Source: Octopus sinensis (lineage: Eukaryota). Taken from it: DNA of 64,000 bases. Below the pieces are notes generated by a model. That model searched no databases, was not told where the DNA came from, and saw nothing but the letters and a program-made list of their open reading frames with translations. Each line of letters opens with the position of its first letter. The stretch's first letter is position 1. Location of the stretch: the NCBI RefSeq assembly GCF_006345805.1, contig NC_042999.1:123566001-123630000 (forward strand), given 5' to 3'. The position numbers and the translations under genes are program-made. Of the stretch, positions 51,330-63,257 are shown in pieces.

Positions 51330-51730
51330 ACTGTGGCCATGCTGGGGCACTTCCTTGAAGAAGTTTTAGATGAATTAATTGACCCTAGTACATATTACTT
51401 TTTGTAAAACTTGATACTTATTCTATCGGTCTCTTTTGCTGAACCACTAGGTTACAGAGACATAAACACAGCAACACAAGTTGTCAAACGGTAGTGGGGG
51501 ACAAACAGACACAAAGACACATCTCTCGTGTGTTTATATATTTTTTGCTCATTGGTGATGTCCTGTACTTTATGCGTATAGGATTCTCTATGCTGCTGAC
51601 TGATAGAATAAGTACTAGGCTTACAAAAATAAGTCCTGAGGTCAATTTCTTTGACTAAAAAGCCCTTTAAGGCAGTGCTCCAGCATGGCTGCAGTCAAAT
51701 GACTGAAACAAATGAAAGAATAAAAGAATA
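51330..51730. mobile_element. Two SINE family A 3' halves in opposite orientation (51330-51530 minus, 51590-51730 plus)
   Basis: GACTGTGGCCATGCTGGGGCAC versus GTGCTCCAGCATGGCTGCAGTC. Confidence 0.75.
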
Positions 51731-51802
51731 TATGTGTGTGTGCATGTGTGTGTGCACGTGAGAGTGTATGTGTGTGTGTGTGTGTGTGTGAATGTGTGTG
51801 AA

Positions 51803-51870
51803 GGCACATGGCTTAGTGGTTAGGGTGTTGTACTCACAATTGCGAGATCATGGGTTTGATTCCCATACTG
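51803..51870 (+). mobile_element. SINE family C tRNA-like head only
   Basis: GGCACATGGCTTAGTGGTTAGGGTG...GGGTTTGATTCCC, truncated where it joins the transposon fragment. Confidence 0.8.
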
Positions 51871-52383
51871 GGCCAGTTGACATTGCCGTAGTGGGAGCAT
51901 ATTCTCTCTCCAAAGCACTGCCATAGCAACTGCATTGTTTATCTTGTAGTATGAGCAGTTTTGCCCATCTTGCTGGAACCATGTGTGAGGTTTATTTTGA
52001 ATGGCCTTCACGTTCTCCAGACTTGACTAGCCCGGATTTTTTGTTGTGGGGATACCTGAAAGTGAGGGTTTACATCGACAAACCAGAGACCCTGGTGCAA
52101 CAAAAGGAGAACATCAACAGAGAAATCAGTGACGTGGGGTCTGAAACGCTTGAGGGTGTTTTGGTGCAAGTTTTGGAAAGAACATAGCATGTGAAGCTGA
52201 AAATGGCTGCTATTTAAGTGATGTCATTTTTCATGTGTAATGTAGTGGTGTTGCAAAATTTGACTTGTGCATATTAATTTTCATTATGTCCTTTATATTG
52301 TATGAAAATTTCATGCATTTATTTGTAGAGTTAAGGAAGTTATTAAAAATTGAAACCATCAGTGACTTTTGGTACAACCTGTA
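51871..52383 (+). mobile_element. Tc1/mariner DD41D-type transposon 3' remnant with an internal inversion
   Basis: The + strand 52002-52190 encodes WPSRSPDLTSPDFLLWGYLKVRVY. The preceding WFQQDG..TAHTT...GNVNWP segment lies on the - strand (51871-52000). TIR-like GACTTTTGGTACAACCTG-TA at ~52363-52383. Confidence 0.85.
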
Positions 52384-52420
52384 TATATATATATATATAT
52401 AATTATATCGTATATGTGAG

Positions 52421-52493
<73 letters not shown>

Positions 52494-53119
52494 CATACAT
52501 ATAAATATATATACATACATACATACATATACATACATACATACATACATATACATACATACATACATACATATATTAACCTTTTTGCAACTTAAGGAAT
52601 ATATGTTTATTGCAATTTTCCCAAAGTTTTGTTAGATTGGACACACCATTATTCTGGATGCCATTGTTTACTGTAGCGTAAACAGTGCAGATGTGTCACA
52701 AATAAAGTGATAAAGTATTTCCATGCCAAACCTACAACCTCACGTTGATCTTTGAGTTTGCAGTTATTTCACTTCGACTATATCAATTATTCCCCGGGAA
52801 AGATATGATCACTTCTACTTTCCCTTCAGAGAAATAATTATATCTAACCAGCTAGTAATAGATGTATGAAGAAAGCACAAATACAGAATATGTATCTGAA
52901 TGTAATAAATAAGTCTAAAGCTCTCAATATTCTTTTGAGTTCATGGTACACAGCAGATCAAATCAAAATTACTGTCTCACTTCGTATAGTAAGTTAAAAC
53001 ATACAAAGAATATTTCAATGTTAAAAATTTAGAAAAATTGTACAGAAATCTATTGCTTATATGGTTTTATTAGTAATACTTGTATATTGGCACAAGTGTA
53101 GTATACAGATGCAGATGTG

Positions 53120-53275
53120 GCAGCATGGTGAGAATTTTGCTTTCCAACCACAATGTTCTGAGTTCAGTTTCACTGTGCGGCACCTTGGGAAAGTGTCTTC
53201 TACTTATAGCCCCAGGCCAATCAAAGCTTTGTGAGTGAATTTGGTAGATAGATAGAAACTGAAAGAAGCTGACTG
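53120..53275 (-). mobile_element. SINE family A 5' half
   Basis: Head GGCAGCATGGTGAGAATTTTGCTTTCCAACCACAATGTTCTGAGTTCAG and core GGGAAAGTGTCTTCTACTTATAGCC. The head reads on the written strand, so orientation should be re-checked by alignment. Confidence 0.5.
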
Positions 53276-53276
53276 T

Positions 53277-53310
<34 letters not shown>

Positions 53311-53454
53311 ATATATATATACTTTATTTATGGGTTAAGGCTACCATTGGTTTCATGTTAAGGGAAAAATTCCTAAGCAGCTAATAAGCCTACCACCAAT
53401 GCAGTATTGAGCACTCAGTCTCATTGTTTGGTATTAATGTGTATATGTATGTAT

Positions 53455-53915
53455 GTATGTGTGTGTGTGTGCCTATGTTTGTCCACTGCCACTTGACAAC
53501 CACTGTTAATTTGCTTATGTCCCTGTAACTTAGTGATTCAGCAAAAAAGACTAATAGTATAAGTACTATGATGGAAAAATAGTCTGTAGTTGATTTGTTT
53601 TACTAAACCCTTCAAGATCGTGCCCCAGCATGGCTGTAGTCCAATAACTGAAAGAAGCAAAAAAAAAGGCGCAATGGTCCAGTGGTTAGGTCAGTGGACT
53701 TGCGGTCGTAAGAACATGGCTTCAATTCCCAGACTGGGCATTGTGAGTGTTTATTGAGCAACAACACCTAAGATCCACGAGGCTCCAGTGGGGGGAGGTG
53801 GTGATCCCTGTTGTGCTAAAGCAGTTCTAGGGTCAATTTCTTTGACTAAAAAGCCCTCTAAGGTGGTGCTCCAGCATGGCCACAGTCAAACAACTAAAAC
53901 AAGTAAAAGAATAAA
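53455..53915 (+). mobile_element. SINE family A 3' halves flanking another tRNA-like SINE head (~53670-53820)
   Basis: CCACTTGACAACC...CAGCATGG..CAGTC; GGCGCAATGGTCCAGTGGTTAGG...GCTTCAATTCCC. Confidence 0.7.
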
Positions 53916-55790
53916 AAAATAATGACATTATGAAAAACACTTTTATCAAGACATGACACTGAGCCATTTATAAAAATTTTGTAAAGTCTTAGATTATATT
54001 TTTTAAAATCCACAGTGTACCTAAATATCCCTTTAATACACAATTGTTGTACTGCTGTTGTGCACTGTTGAGAACCACTGAATTAAATATTCATTGTCTG
54101 ATTAAATCATTAACATCCATAACTTCCTTTACTCCTTCATCCACAGTTTTCAGTACAATCTTACATTTATGGATCAGCAAAGGGAAATAAATAACACAGA
54201 AGTTACTTGAAATAACTTAGAAAAAAACTATATAAATATGATCAAACATCCAATATTGTTTAAAAGTTTTCAGAGCAGTCCAGATAGTTTCCAATCATCC
54301 TCATATACAATATTTTCAAAATATTCATATCTATTCTCACCAGATGAACATAGTGAAAACAAGTATCTGCTTATTGAGATTCTTTAGATCTAGTTTTCAT
54401 GTATCTGATATATATACGTATCATAGATCATATCAAACTACTACTTTTCAAGTTCAATATTGCATTGTCATTCAGTATATCGCTTCTAGCATAAGCACAT
54501 AACACTTCTACATGTACATACACATACACAAAGACATGGTCTTTTCATAGATAATAAATTCTCTGACTATACTACTAACATAAATTTCCCAAAGTTTTTC
54601 CATGAATATAAAGTAAAGATTCCATCCAACATATTGAAACAGAGCAATACAGCAGCTAGTATAGAAATATTTATTTAATTACTTTTTATATGAATATTAT
54701 TGCAGAATCAATTTCTGTAAAGTTTCATTTAATTTTACCTTTATAACAGGCAGTATGTCACATATTGTTGATATCATTCCCCTTCCAGAAGTAACTCAGA
54801 ACTTGAAATCTCAGAAAGGCACCATGTCAGACTTGAAACTATTTTCTTGCTTAACTCTCTCAAACTATGCCACATTAATAACTTAGCTCATTTGATAATA
54901 TAACAACCCCCACAGTAAACAAACATGGAACTGTAAATAAAGAAACAGGATTCTTAGCCAGCAGTAAAATGGTTGGTTTGTTCTGAAAGTAACTGAAAGT
55001 TTGTAGAGCACCGCTGTCATCCAGTAAGCAATAAACTGAATGCAGCTGTGAAAATTACACTCTTCACACTATTGTGCACTGTTAATGAGACATTTCGCTT
55101 TCTTTTCTTTCAGCGAAATTATTTTAGTATTAAATTACTGCAAATATTTAAGAGAAAGTCTGTCATGTAGACACACAAAGATAGACAGATAGGGAGCGAT
55201 TATTTCAATGTATTTCAACAATTTTTATTATAACTACATTGAGGCAACTTAATGTAAACACCTAGAGTGAATAAAACTAAACATTATCCTCTTCAACATA
55301 AATATTTATCTCAGGTGTAAAATAATTTCCTCTACACATAAAAATAATGAAGTGTTCAGAAATTTCTCAGACTGTCTCTTATATATCAATATATATATAT
55401 ATATATATATTTGTCTACTTATGTATGTAACAAGCTGTAATCAAGTGATGGTAATGATAAGTGCAGTGCAGTTTGTTTTGCAGATAGTTATAATTTTTAC
55501 ATGTGAGAAAATAAGAACCTACATCTGTCACCTCTTACTGTTTATCAGCTTCTAGCAAGCTCAGTGCCCACCATCAAATCATTCTGTCTATGCTGCACTA
55601 AGTTCTTCTAGGTAAGTGGAGCAAGACACAAGTAGAAGGAAGTGCAAAAAGCCATTGCTCCAGGACACAGATTGGAAGGGGTGTCAAATTTCCTCTGGTA
55701 CATAATACATATTAGGATGTGGGGCACCAAAAGTGTATTTACAGGCTCACTATGCAACTGGACATGACAATTGGAACACTTTCATTTTTA

Positions 55791-56428
55791 GACCCGGCAA
55801 GACTAGTCAGGCCATAACCTGTGGCCCCTACCTGGGACGTAGTCAGTCCACCTGTGCATACCTTCCTTCTTGTGACACTTGTGAAGACCTGTTGAGGTAA
55901 GTGAAAATCAAATCAAATCAAAACAAATCAAAATAGATGAACATCAATGGAATTTGTATCTTTGTGGTAGCAGTGCCGGTGGCACGTGGCACACAAGAAA
56001 ACCATCCGAACGTGGCCGTAGCCAGTACCGCATCGACTGGCCTCCGTGCTGTGGGCACGTAACAAACACCATCTGATCGTGGCCGTTTGCCAGCCTCATC
56101 TGGCACCTGTGTCGGTGGCACATAAAAACACCATCCGAGCGTGGCCGTCTGCCAGCCTCGTCTGGCACCTGTGTCGGTGGCACATAAAAAACACTATCCG
56201 AGCGTGGCCGTTTGCCAGCCTCGTCTGGCACCTGTGTCGGTGGCACATAAAATCACCCACTACACTCTCGGAGTGGTTGGCGTTAGGAAGGGCATCCAGC
56301 TGTAGAAACACTGCCAGATCTGACTGGACTGGTGCAGCTTTCGGGCTCCCCAGACCCCAGTTGAACCGTCCAACCCATGCTAGCATGGAAAGCGGACGTT
56401 AAATGATGATGATGATGATGATGATGAT
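55791..56428 (+). mobile_element. Young RTE 3' UTR and tail, three ~62-bp units, (GAT)n end
   Basis: Begins at the ORF2 stop region (GACCCGGCAAGACTAG); near-identical to the reverse complement of 61378-62040. Confidence 0.92.
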
Positions 56429-56939
56429 TAAACGTATAAAACATAACAACAAAGGCTATGTATTGCAGTATTATTGGTATTTTGTTGATTAGGTAAAAAA
56501 AACTTCAACTATTATCTTTCTTGAAACCCACTTGCAGGTTTTTTTTATTTGTGTCTCAATACTCAGTTAGCGCTGAGGTAAACTGAAATAAACTGTTGAG
56601 GAAACTACAAATAACATAAGAATTTACTAATTCCCATGCTATTGCAATACATTAGTATTACAATAAGATCATCGTCAGTTTTAGCTCCACTACCTAAACT
56701 CAATTATGTCTTAAATCTATTATTTCATCGAAAAATATAATGTAACACAATACAATCATTTCTTGTTAGTTAAACTAAAAAATATTTTATCTTTATTGCA
56801 TAATCAATTCAGAGATGCATGGAAATAAGGCTTTTGTTGATGGATAATTGTTCTTAAATCGTAAATGTATCACAAAACATTATAAGACCATAATTGTTTC
56901 CTAAAAGCCAAAACAATTCTTCAGCCTTTGCAAAAAGGA

Positions 56940-57145
56940 ATTTGAACACTTACAGTTGCAACAGAATAGAAAGGCAAAAGCCAATACAGCTTGGCACCAA
57001 TGCCATTACAACTCATTTCTACAGCTGAGTGAACTGGAGCAATGTGAAATAAAGTGTCTTGCTCAAGAACACAAAACAACCTGATCTGGGAATCAAGCTC
57101 ACTACCACATGATTGTGAGGCCACTACTCTAACTACTGAGTCATG
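56940..57145 (-). mobile_element. SINE family C
   Basis: CAGCTGAGTGAACTGGAGCAATGTGAAATAAAGTGTCTTGCTCAAGAACAC...TCTAACTACTGAGTCATGC. Confidence 0.8.
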
Positions 57146-57488
57146 CATTGACACACACACACACATACATGTCTAATCAAGATACCACAAAGAAGAATGG
57201 AGAATTATACATCATCAGATTTTATTTATTGAGGTATTATTCTCATCAAAGTCCAATCCATTCTCTTTATGGTGTCATGATTATATACCCTGTATGCTAT
57301 GTGAAATCCATTGAAGCAAACTCAAGATTTATCTATCAAGCGAAGTACAGTTTAATTGTTTATCTGAAACAATTCTAGATGTTCTCAATCATTCAATGTG
57401 CTTAGCCAGATCTGGATAATATCACAGTGCCAATAAGGTACCGGTCTGGATTTCAAATTCCTATTCCTTTATGTTATATATAAGTGTG

Positions 57489-57491
<3 letters not shown>

Positions 57492-57549
<58 letters not shown>
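57492..57549. repeat. (TA)n microsatellite
   Basis: Direct reading. Confidence 0.95.
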
Positions 57550-57561
<12 letters not shown>

Positions 57562-58229
57562 TTACATGAAGTTAAAAATATGTCCAGTCATAGAGTGACT
57601 AATGGTTTCATATCCACAAAGTACTTAGCTTTATAGACAACTCGTCAGACTCCAATGGCCACAGGCATATAATCTCTCTTCAAACTGAAGGTAGAAAACT
57701 GTTATGGTTAGTTAATTTGGAAACTAAAAATAATATCCACTGTCTGAGCCTAAAACTGGACAAGCATAAACATGCACACTTACACATATTGTCAGACACC
57801 CACATTCAAATATATATGCATGCCAACAATACAGACATCCACATAAAAACATATCTAGGTCCTAACATATATATACAAACAACTTTTAAAAAAATTGCTG
57901 AGTGTATAATAATAAAAATCGGATAAAAGACATGCAAAATGGAACACCATATATCGAATTATCTATAAATATAACGATTAAATGGAGTGGTAAAATAAAA
58001 TAAAATGAAATGAAAATAAAAATAAAATCTTAAACATGAAAATAATATATACATATAACAGTCGAAGGTTTTCTTAAGAAATACGTTGAAATATATACAA
58101 TATCTTTGCAATGCGAAATAAACCATGCATTACAAAATACAAATCCAACAGTGGAGTTGAAAACTAGTGCAAGTTTCAAAAAAATATATACTATCTATAT
58201 GGTGTTTCGTCAGCTGACATTTTAAGTTT

Positions 58230-59555
58230 TGTTGCATGTCTGCCGGAATTCAAGAGTTCACGTCTTTGATTCAAAGTGTTATTGTCCTGGAATAAAATAT
58301 ATAGAATTTTTCCAAAAGACATAAATTGCATTTGATGGGTCTTTTATGCGCACTGTGTCTGTAAGGTGATGCTTTATCTAAAATTATCCATGTCACATTG
58401 AAAGGCCAGGTTTCATTTTCTTCTAATTCCCAGACATATTTTGCCGGGCTGGTCTTTGTCCTATTTTCAGGGTATCAGAAGAAATTTCTATAAGAATAAA
58501 GTCGGGTCTTGAAAGAATCCTCAGAAGCCCCTGTGTAAGTTCTATATTTATGTGAGCCTCTAGATGCACTTTCGCTCTATACACAATCCCTTTCTCCAGA
58601 CATTTTCCTTCCAACAGACAGGAGGTCCCATCTTTGCAATTGCAATTCTTAGGAAAAGAATCAGCACTGTGGTTATTTGCAATTATTTTATTGTGGTGTT
58701 GGTTAATGAAAGAGTCAATCTTAAGTGTTCTTAAGAATGGCTGATCTTAAGTGTTCTATTAAATATTCTATAAAACTTATGGTTAGGTTGAAAATGTCTA
58801 GAGACTAATTTTAAGAATTCCCTCCCTATATTTGTTTTTACAGCCATATTAAAAGTGGAGTTGAACCACAAAACACTCCTAGTCCTAGTTCTACGTGTTG
58901 CATTACTGCTAGCATTAAGTTGGTTATACTGGATCTTCTCAGAGAATCCACTATTCCTTAATACACTATTGTAGTAAGGTGCAGCATTTTGAAATGCTGT
59001 CTCATCCCAAGAAATTGACAATATTCGCCTACCTACATTACTAAGTTCATAAGAATAATTAGTGGATGATTGGATTCTTTGCTAATATAAGATAGCTTAT
59101 CATTAGGCTTACGGTAAGGTTTGAATTTATCTGACTGTAAATCTAAATTTCTATCTTAGAAATCTACACTTTTAAGGTTAGTATCTATCATAATCCATAA
59201 GCCCATCCCATGGAAGAAAGCAATTAGATCCTTCTTAAGCTTATCTAATTCATAGCCATTTAAATTATGAGTGACTATAAGGCCATCATTCCAATATAAT
59301 CCTGTGTCTATAAATGGGAATTCTAGCTTTAGATTGTACAAAATATAAGCTCCTATGAGCACACATAACTCAGCCTCGTCGTATGCCCCCATCAGAATGT
59401 CAAAAAGAGAATCCTAACTCTTTTTGACCCAGGCAGAATCCTTGTAAAAAAAGAAGTGACTTCCTCGCGTGTATGATAATATCTATTTCCAAGTTATCAA
59501 TGATGACATACTGCTTGGCGAAGTCTATTGCTTTTAGGAGCAAAGGCCTGGATAT
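58230..59555 (-). pseudogene. Penelope-like element remnant: reverse transcriptase plus C-terminal GIY-YIG endonuclease
   Basis: RT: PISRPLLLKAIDFAK...FDILMGAYDEAELCVLIG...GLYWNDGL...VDF. Linker: LWFNSTFNMAVKTNIGREFLKLV and CNCKDGTSC. EN: GIVYRAKV...YTGASEDSFKTRL...KYVWEL...CNLCL. Frameshifts and stops; 5'-truncated. Confidence 0.92.
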
Positions 59556-59738
59556 TGGCAGGTGCATGTGTATCACATCAGGCTAAAGATGAGAATGATG
59601 ATTTCCCTTCGCAAATACTGATCGGGCACAGACAGTGTGTCGTTAGCCAGCTGGAGGAGATGTCTTCCTGGGGCTATAAACTACAGTAGCATCGTCTCAT
59701 ATGGGTCAGTCACATTTAGGTGACAAATATACTTCACG

Positions 59739-59778
<40 letters not shown>

Positions 59779-59813
59779 ATATGTGTGTGTGTCCATTTAA
59801 TTAAAAGATTCTA

Positions 59814-59901
59814 TGTGGCTGAAGATTGCTCAACATTTTAAAACTGATGTAATACTTACAGTGTTTAATAAAATGAAGTAGCATGAAACAATTGTACTAC
59901 A
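59814..59901 (+). ncRNA. Hammerhead-like motif with intact core and extended stem II
   Basis: Stem I TGTGG/CTACA; CTGAAGA 59819-59825; stem II TGCT/AGCA extended by CATTTTA/TAAAATG and AAACTG/CAGT(G)TTT; GAAAC 59885-59889; palindromic stem III AC-AATT-GT; GUA triplet. Confidence 0.55.
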
Positions 59902-59957
59902 CTACCTTGGATATCCCTGTTGCTTATTTTGATTATATACATATATATATGTATATA

Positions 59958-59988
<31 letters not shown>

Positions 59989-60537
59989 GAATATATATGT
60001 ATGTATATATATATGTGTGTGTGTGTGTATTAGATATATATGTGTGCATGTGTGTATGTATATATGATGGCCTTTTCTACCATTTCTTTGCACAAAATTC
60101 AGCTCACAAGGCATTATATATAATTTTAAATTATTCTAGTATGATATACCCTTGAAATATTGAAAAATTTCTCACTTTTTGCTATCTATACTATGTAAAA
60201 ATATTTGCATATTATTGGAAATATTCCAATTTAACTGAAATATTCAATTTACTGAAAAGTTAAAACCAATTACACACTTTCTGTCATAAGGAATTACTCA
60301 AATCATTCATATACAATTAAGTAGCTTACTAAAGGCAATCCTCAATTCCCTTGTTAATCTGAGGAGGATGGGCGGTGCCCACAAACCATTCCAGATCATC
60401 CAGCTATGGAAAAGAGGTTGCCAGTAATGTTCACTTTAAGTTGTAGAAGATTAGACACTGAGGGGAGAAATGGGGGAAAAAAAGAAAAAGTTCTAGGATA
60501 AGGAAGTTCTTGGAAAGATAGAAGAAAAGATTAGACA

Positions 60538-60950
60538 GGCATGGCTATGTGGTTGAAGAAGTTCACTTCACATCCACTTGGTCTCAGGTTAAGTCCCCCT
60601 ATGTGACACCTTAGGCAAGTATCTTCTATTATAGTCTTTGGCCTACCAGTACTTTTTAAGTGAATTTGGCAGATAGAAACTGTGAGAAGCCAGTCGTGTG
60701 TGTGTGTGTGTGTGTGTGTGTAAGTGAGTATTTGAGCATTTTTGTGTTCGTCTTTGCTTCCTCACCACTTAACAACCACAGTTTGTTTGTTTACGTCTCC
60801 TTCTCCCAACACTTCAGTAAAGGAGATCTATAGGATAAGTACCAGATTCAAAAAATAAGCGCTGAAATTGATTCGTTTAGCTAAGCCTTTCAACTTGTTT
60901 TTCCAGTATGGCCACAGTCCAATGACAAACATGTAAAAGCAAAAAATATT
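60538..60950 (+). mobile_element. Full-length degenerate SINE family A
   Basis: GGCATGGCTATGTGGTTGAAG head, internal (TG)n, CAGTATGGCCACAGTCCAATGAC tail. Confidence 0.8.
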
Positions 60951-61029
60951 TAGAATGAATCAAGACATTTGATACCAGGAAGTGCATCCGGTGCGTAAAG
61001 TGGACTTGAATAAAATGCAGTTTAGTTTA

Positions 61030-61357
61030 TGGTAGTGAAGAAGCATTGCTTAGTGGTTAGGGTATTTGGTTTATAATCACAAGATCATGAGTTCAATTCT
61101 CAGCGATGTATTATATCCTTGAGCAAGTCACTTTATTTCATGTTGTTCCAGTCCACTCAGCTGGTAAAAATGAGTTGTACCTGTATTTAAAAGGGCCTGA
61201 TTTGTCACACTCTGTGTCTTGCTGAATATCCCTGCGAACTATGTTAAGGGTACATGTGTTAGTGGAGTGCTCAGTCACTTGCACATTAATTTCACAAGCA
61301 GGCTATTCTGTTGATCGCATCAACTGGAACCCGTGTCATCATAACCGATGGAGTGCC
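61030..61357 (+). mobile_element. SINE family C, near full length
   Basis: TTGCTTAGTGGTTAGGG...GAGTTCAATTC...TTCCAGTCCACTCAGCTGGTAAAAATGAGTTG...CATAACCGATGGAGTGCC. Confidence 0.8.
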
Positions 61358-61377
61358 ATATATATATATATATATAT

Positions 61378-62040
61378 CATCATCATCATTTAACGTCCGC
61401 TTTCCGTGCTAGCATGGGTTGGACGGTTCAACTGGGGTCTGGGGAGCCCGAAAGCTGCACCAGTCCAGTCAGATCTGGCAGTGTTTCTACAGCTGGATGC
61501 CCTTCCTAACGCCAACCACTCCGAGAGTGTAGTGGGTGATTTTATGTGCCACCGACACAGGTGCCAGACGAGGCTGACAAACGGCCACGCTCGGATGGTG
61601 TTTTTTATGTGCCACCGACACAGGTGCCAGACGAGGCTGGCAGACGGCCACGCTCGGATGGTGTTTTTTATGTGCCACCGACACAGGTGCCAGACGAGGC
61701 TGGCAGACGGCCATGCTTGGATGGTGTTTTTATGTGCCACCGACACAGGTGCCAGACGAGGCTGGCAGACGGCCACGCTCGGATGGTGTTTTTATGTGCC
61801 ACCGACACAGGTGCCAGATGAGGCTGGCAAACGGCCACGATCGGATGGTGCTTGTTACGTGCCCACAGCACGGAGGCCAGTCGATGCTGTACTGGCTACG
61901 GCCACGTTCGGATGGTTTTCTTATGTGCCACGTGCCACCGGCACTGGTACCACAAAGATACAAATTCCATTGATGTTCATCTATTTTGATTTGTTTTGAT
62001 TTGATTTGATTTGATTTTCACTTGCCTCAACAGGTCTTCA
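61378..62040 (-). mobile_element. Young RTE 3' UTR and tail, five ~62-bp units, inserted in (TA)n
   Basis: Reverse complement of 55890-56428 with two extra units. Confidence 0.92.
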
Positions 62041-62844
62041 TATATATATATATATATATATAGTTTATGGTATTAGAAATAAGAGACACAGCTCAGCATT
62101 TATAGAAAGTCAAGGGCATGAAGGCTTTCTGATCAACCACAATACCACAACGAAAGTGCCTTTTATGCGAGTCCACTTTATACAAGTCACAAATCACATA
62201 GTGATTATCTATCACATAGTTATTATCTAGCATCCTTATGTATTTTAATACATAAGGATGATAGCAACAAAGAGAGAGAGAGAGAGAGAGAGAAGTCTAT
62301 AAAGAAAATAGGAGAGGGGAGGACAAACAGAGATAATGTGTGTATGCGAGTACATACGTGTGTGGTGTGTATACTATTATATTTATTCAAGCAAAGAGAG
62401 AGTTACTACAAATGTTCAACATAGAAAAGATAGCGCATGTGTCACTGATAGTTATCTTACTAATTTGCATTACAATTTTTCAATAGGTGTCATTAAGTGC
62501 TTTCCATGATATTTCACAGTCATCATTTAAGTTTATATCATGTAGAGTTTAGTCATTATCAAAGATTACATGGGGTGTCATACAAGTCAATATCATAAAT
62601 TATGACATCTGCTGCAAAGCCATTTCATATAATTCACACCAGAATGGAAAATGGACATAAAATGGTGGTGGTGCTGGTATATGGTAGTTTAGGTTCAATG
62701 TAACGACATGACAATCTGAACAACTGTTTTTTTACCATAGTATTGTGAGTGAAATCTAAACAAAAGAGCTGAAGTCCATATAAAGACATGTATACATACA
62801 CATATATATATACGTATGTATATATGTGACCGCGTGTGTATCAT

Positions 62845-63030
62845 TGGCAATTTTCTTTCTCCATCTTCCTTTCCTTGGATCTTTCCTTTCTTTATGTTTC
62901 TGACAAAGAGCTCTGTTTGAAATGTTAAATCCTCCTTCTTTCTTTCCTTTCCTGAGCATCCAACAACACTATACTTGTTCCATGTTCTCGCGTTGTGTTT
63001 TCTCTTTGTTCCTGTTTGGATTTACTATAT
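62845..63030 (+). mobile_element. Pyrimidine-rich Penelope-type terminal-repeat fragment with a decayed hammerhead (62896-62930)
   Basis: GTTT-CTGACAA-A-GAGC-TCT-GTTT-GAAAT-GTT-AAAT can be read as a CpG-decayed CTGACGA...GCTCGAAACGTT. Confidence 0.45.
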
Positions 63031-63039
63031 ATATAGTAT

Positions 63040-63247
63040 CGCCTGACTGGCCCTCGTGCCAGTGGCACGTAAAAGCACCCACTACACTCTCGGAGTGGTT
63101 GGCGTTAAGAAGGGCATCCAGCTGTAGAAACTCTGCCCAGATCAGATTGGACTCTGGTGCAGCCATCTGGTTCGCCAGACCTCAGTCAAATTGTCCAACC
63201 CATGCTAGCAAGGAATGCAGATGTTAAACGATGATGATGATGATGAT
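63040..63247 (+). mobile_element. RTE 3' tail
   Basis: GGCACGTAAAAGCACCCACTACACTCTCGGAGTGG...TTAAACGATGATGATGA. Confidence 0.88.
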
Positions 63248-63257
63248 ATATATTCAT

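Noticed and set aside
58200-58220. CTGACGAAAC just 3' of the PLE ORF as a collapsed hammerhead
   Set aside because: There is no stem II and no cleavage triplet; too short to distinguish from chance.
58475-58477. In-frame TGA in the PLE endonuclease as possible selenocysteine
   Set aside because: It is not at a cysteine-type position and is best explained as CGA-to-TGA decay in a copy that has other stops and frameshifts.
61540-61850. Regularly spaced ~62-bp repeats resembling a CRISPR array
   Set aside because: The units are contiguous tandem copies with no unique spacers and no cas genes, in a eukaryotic context.
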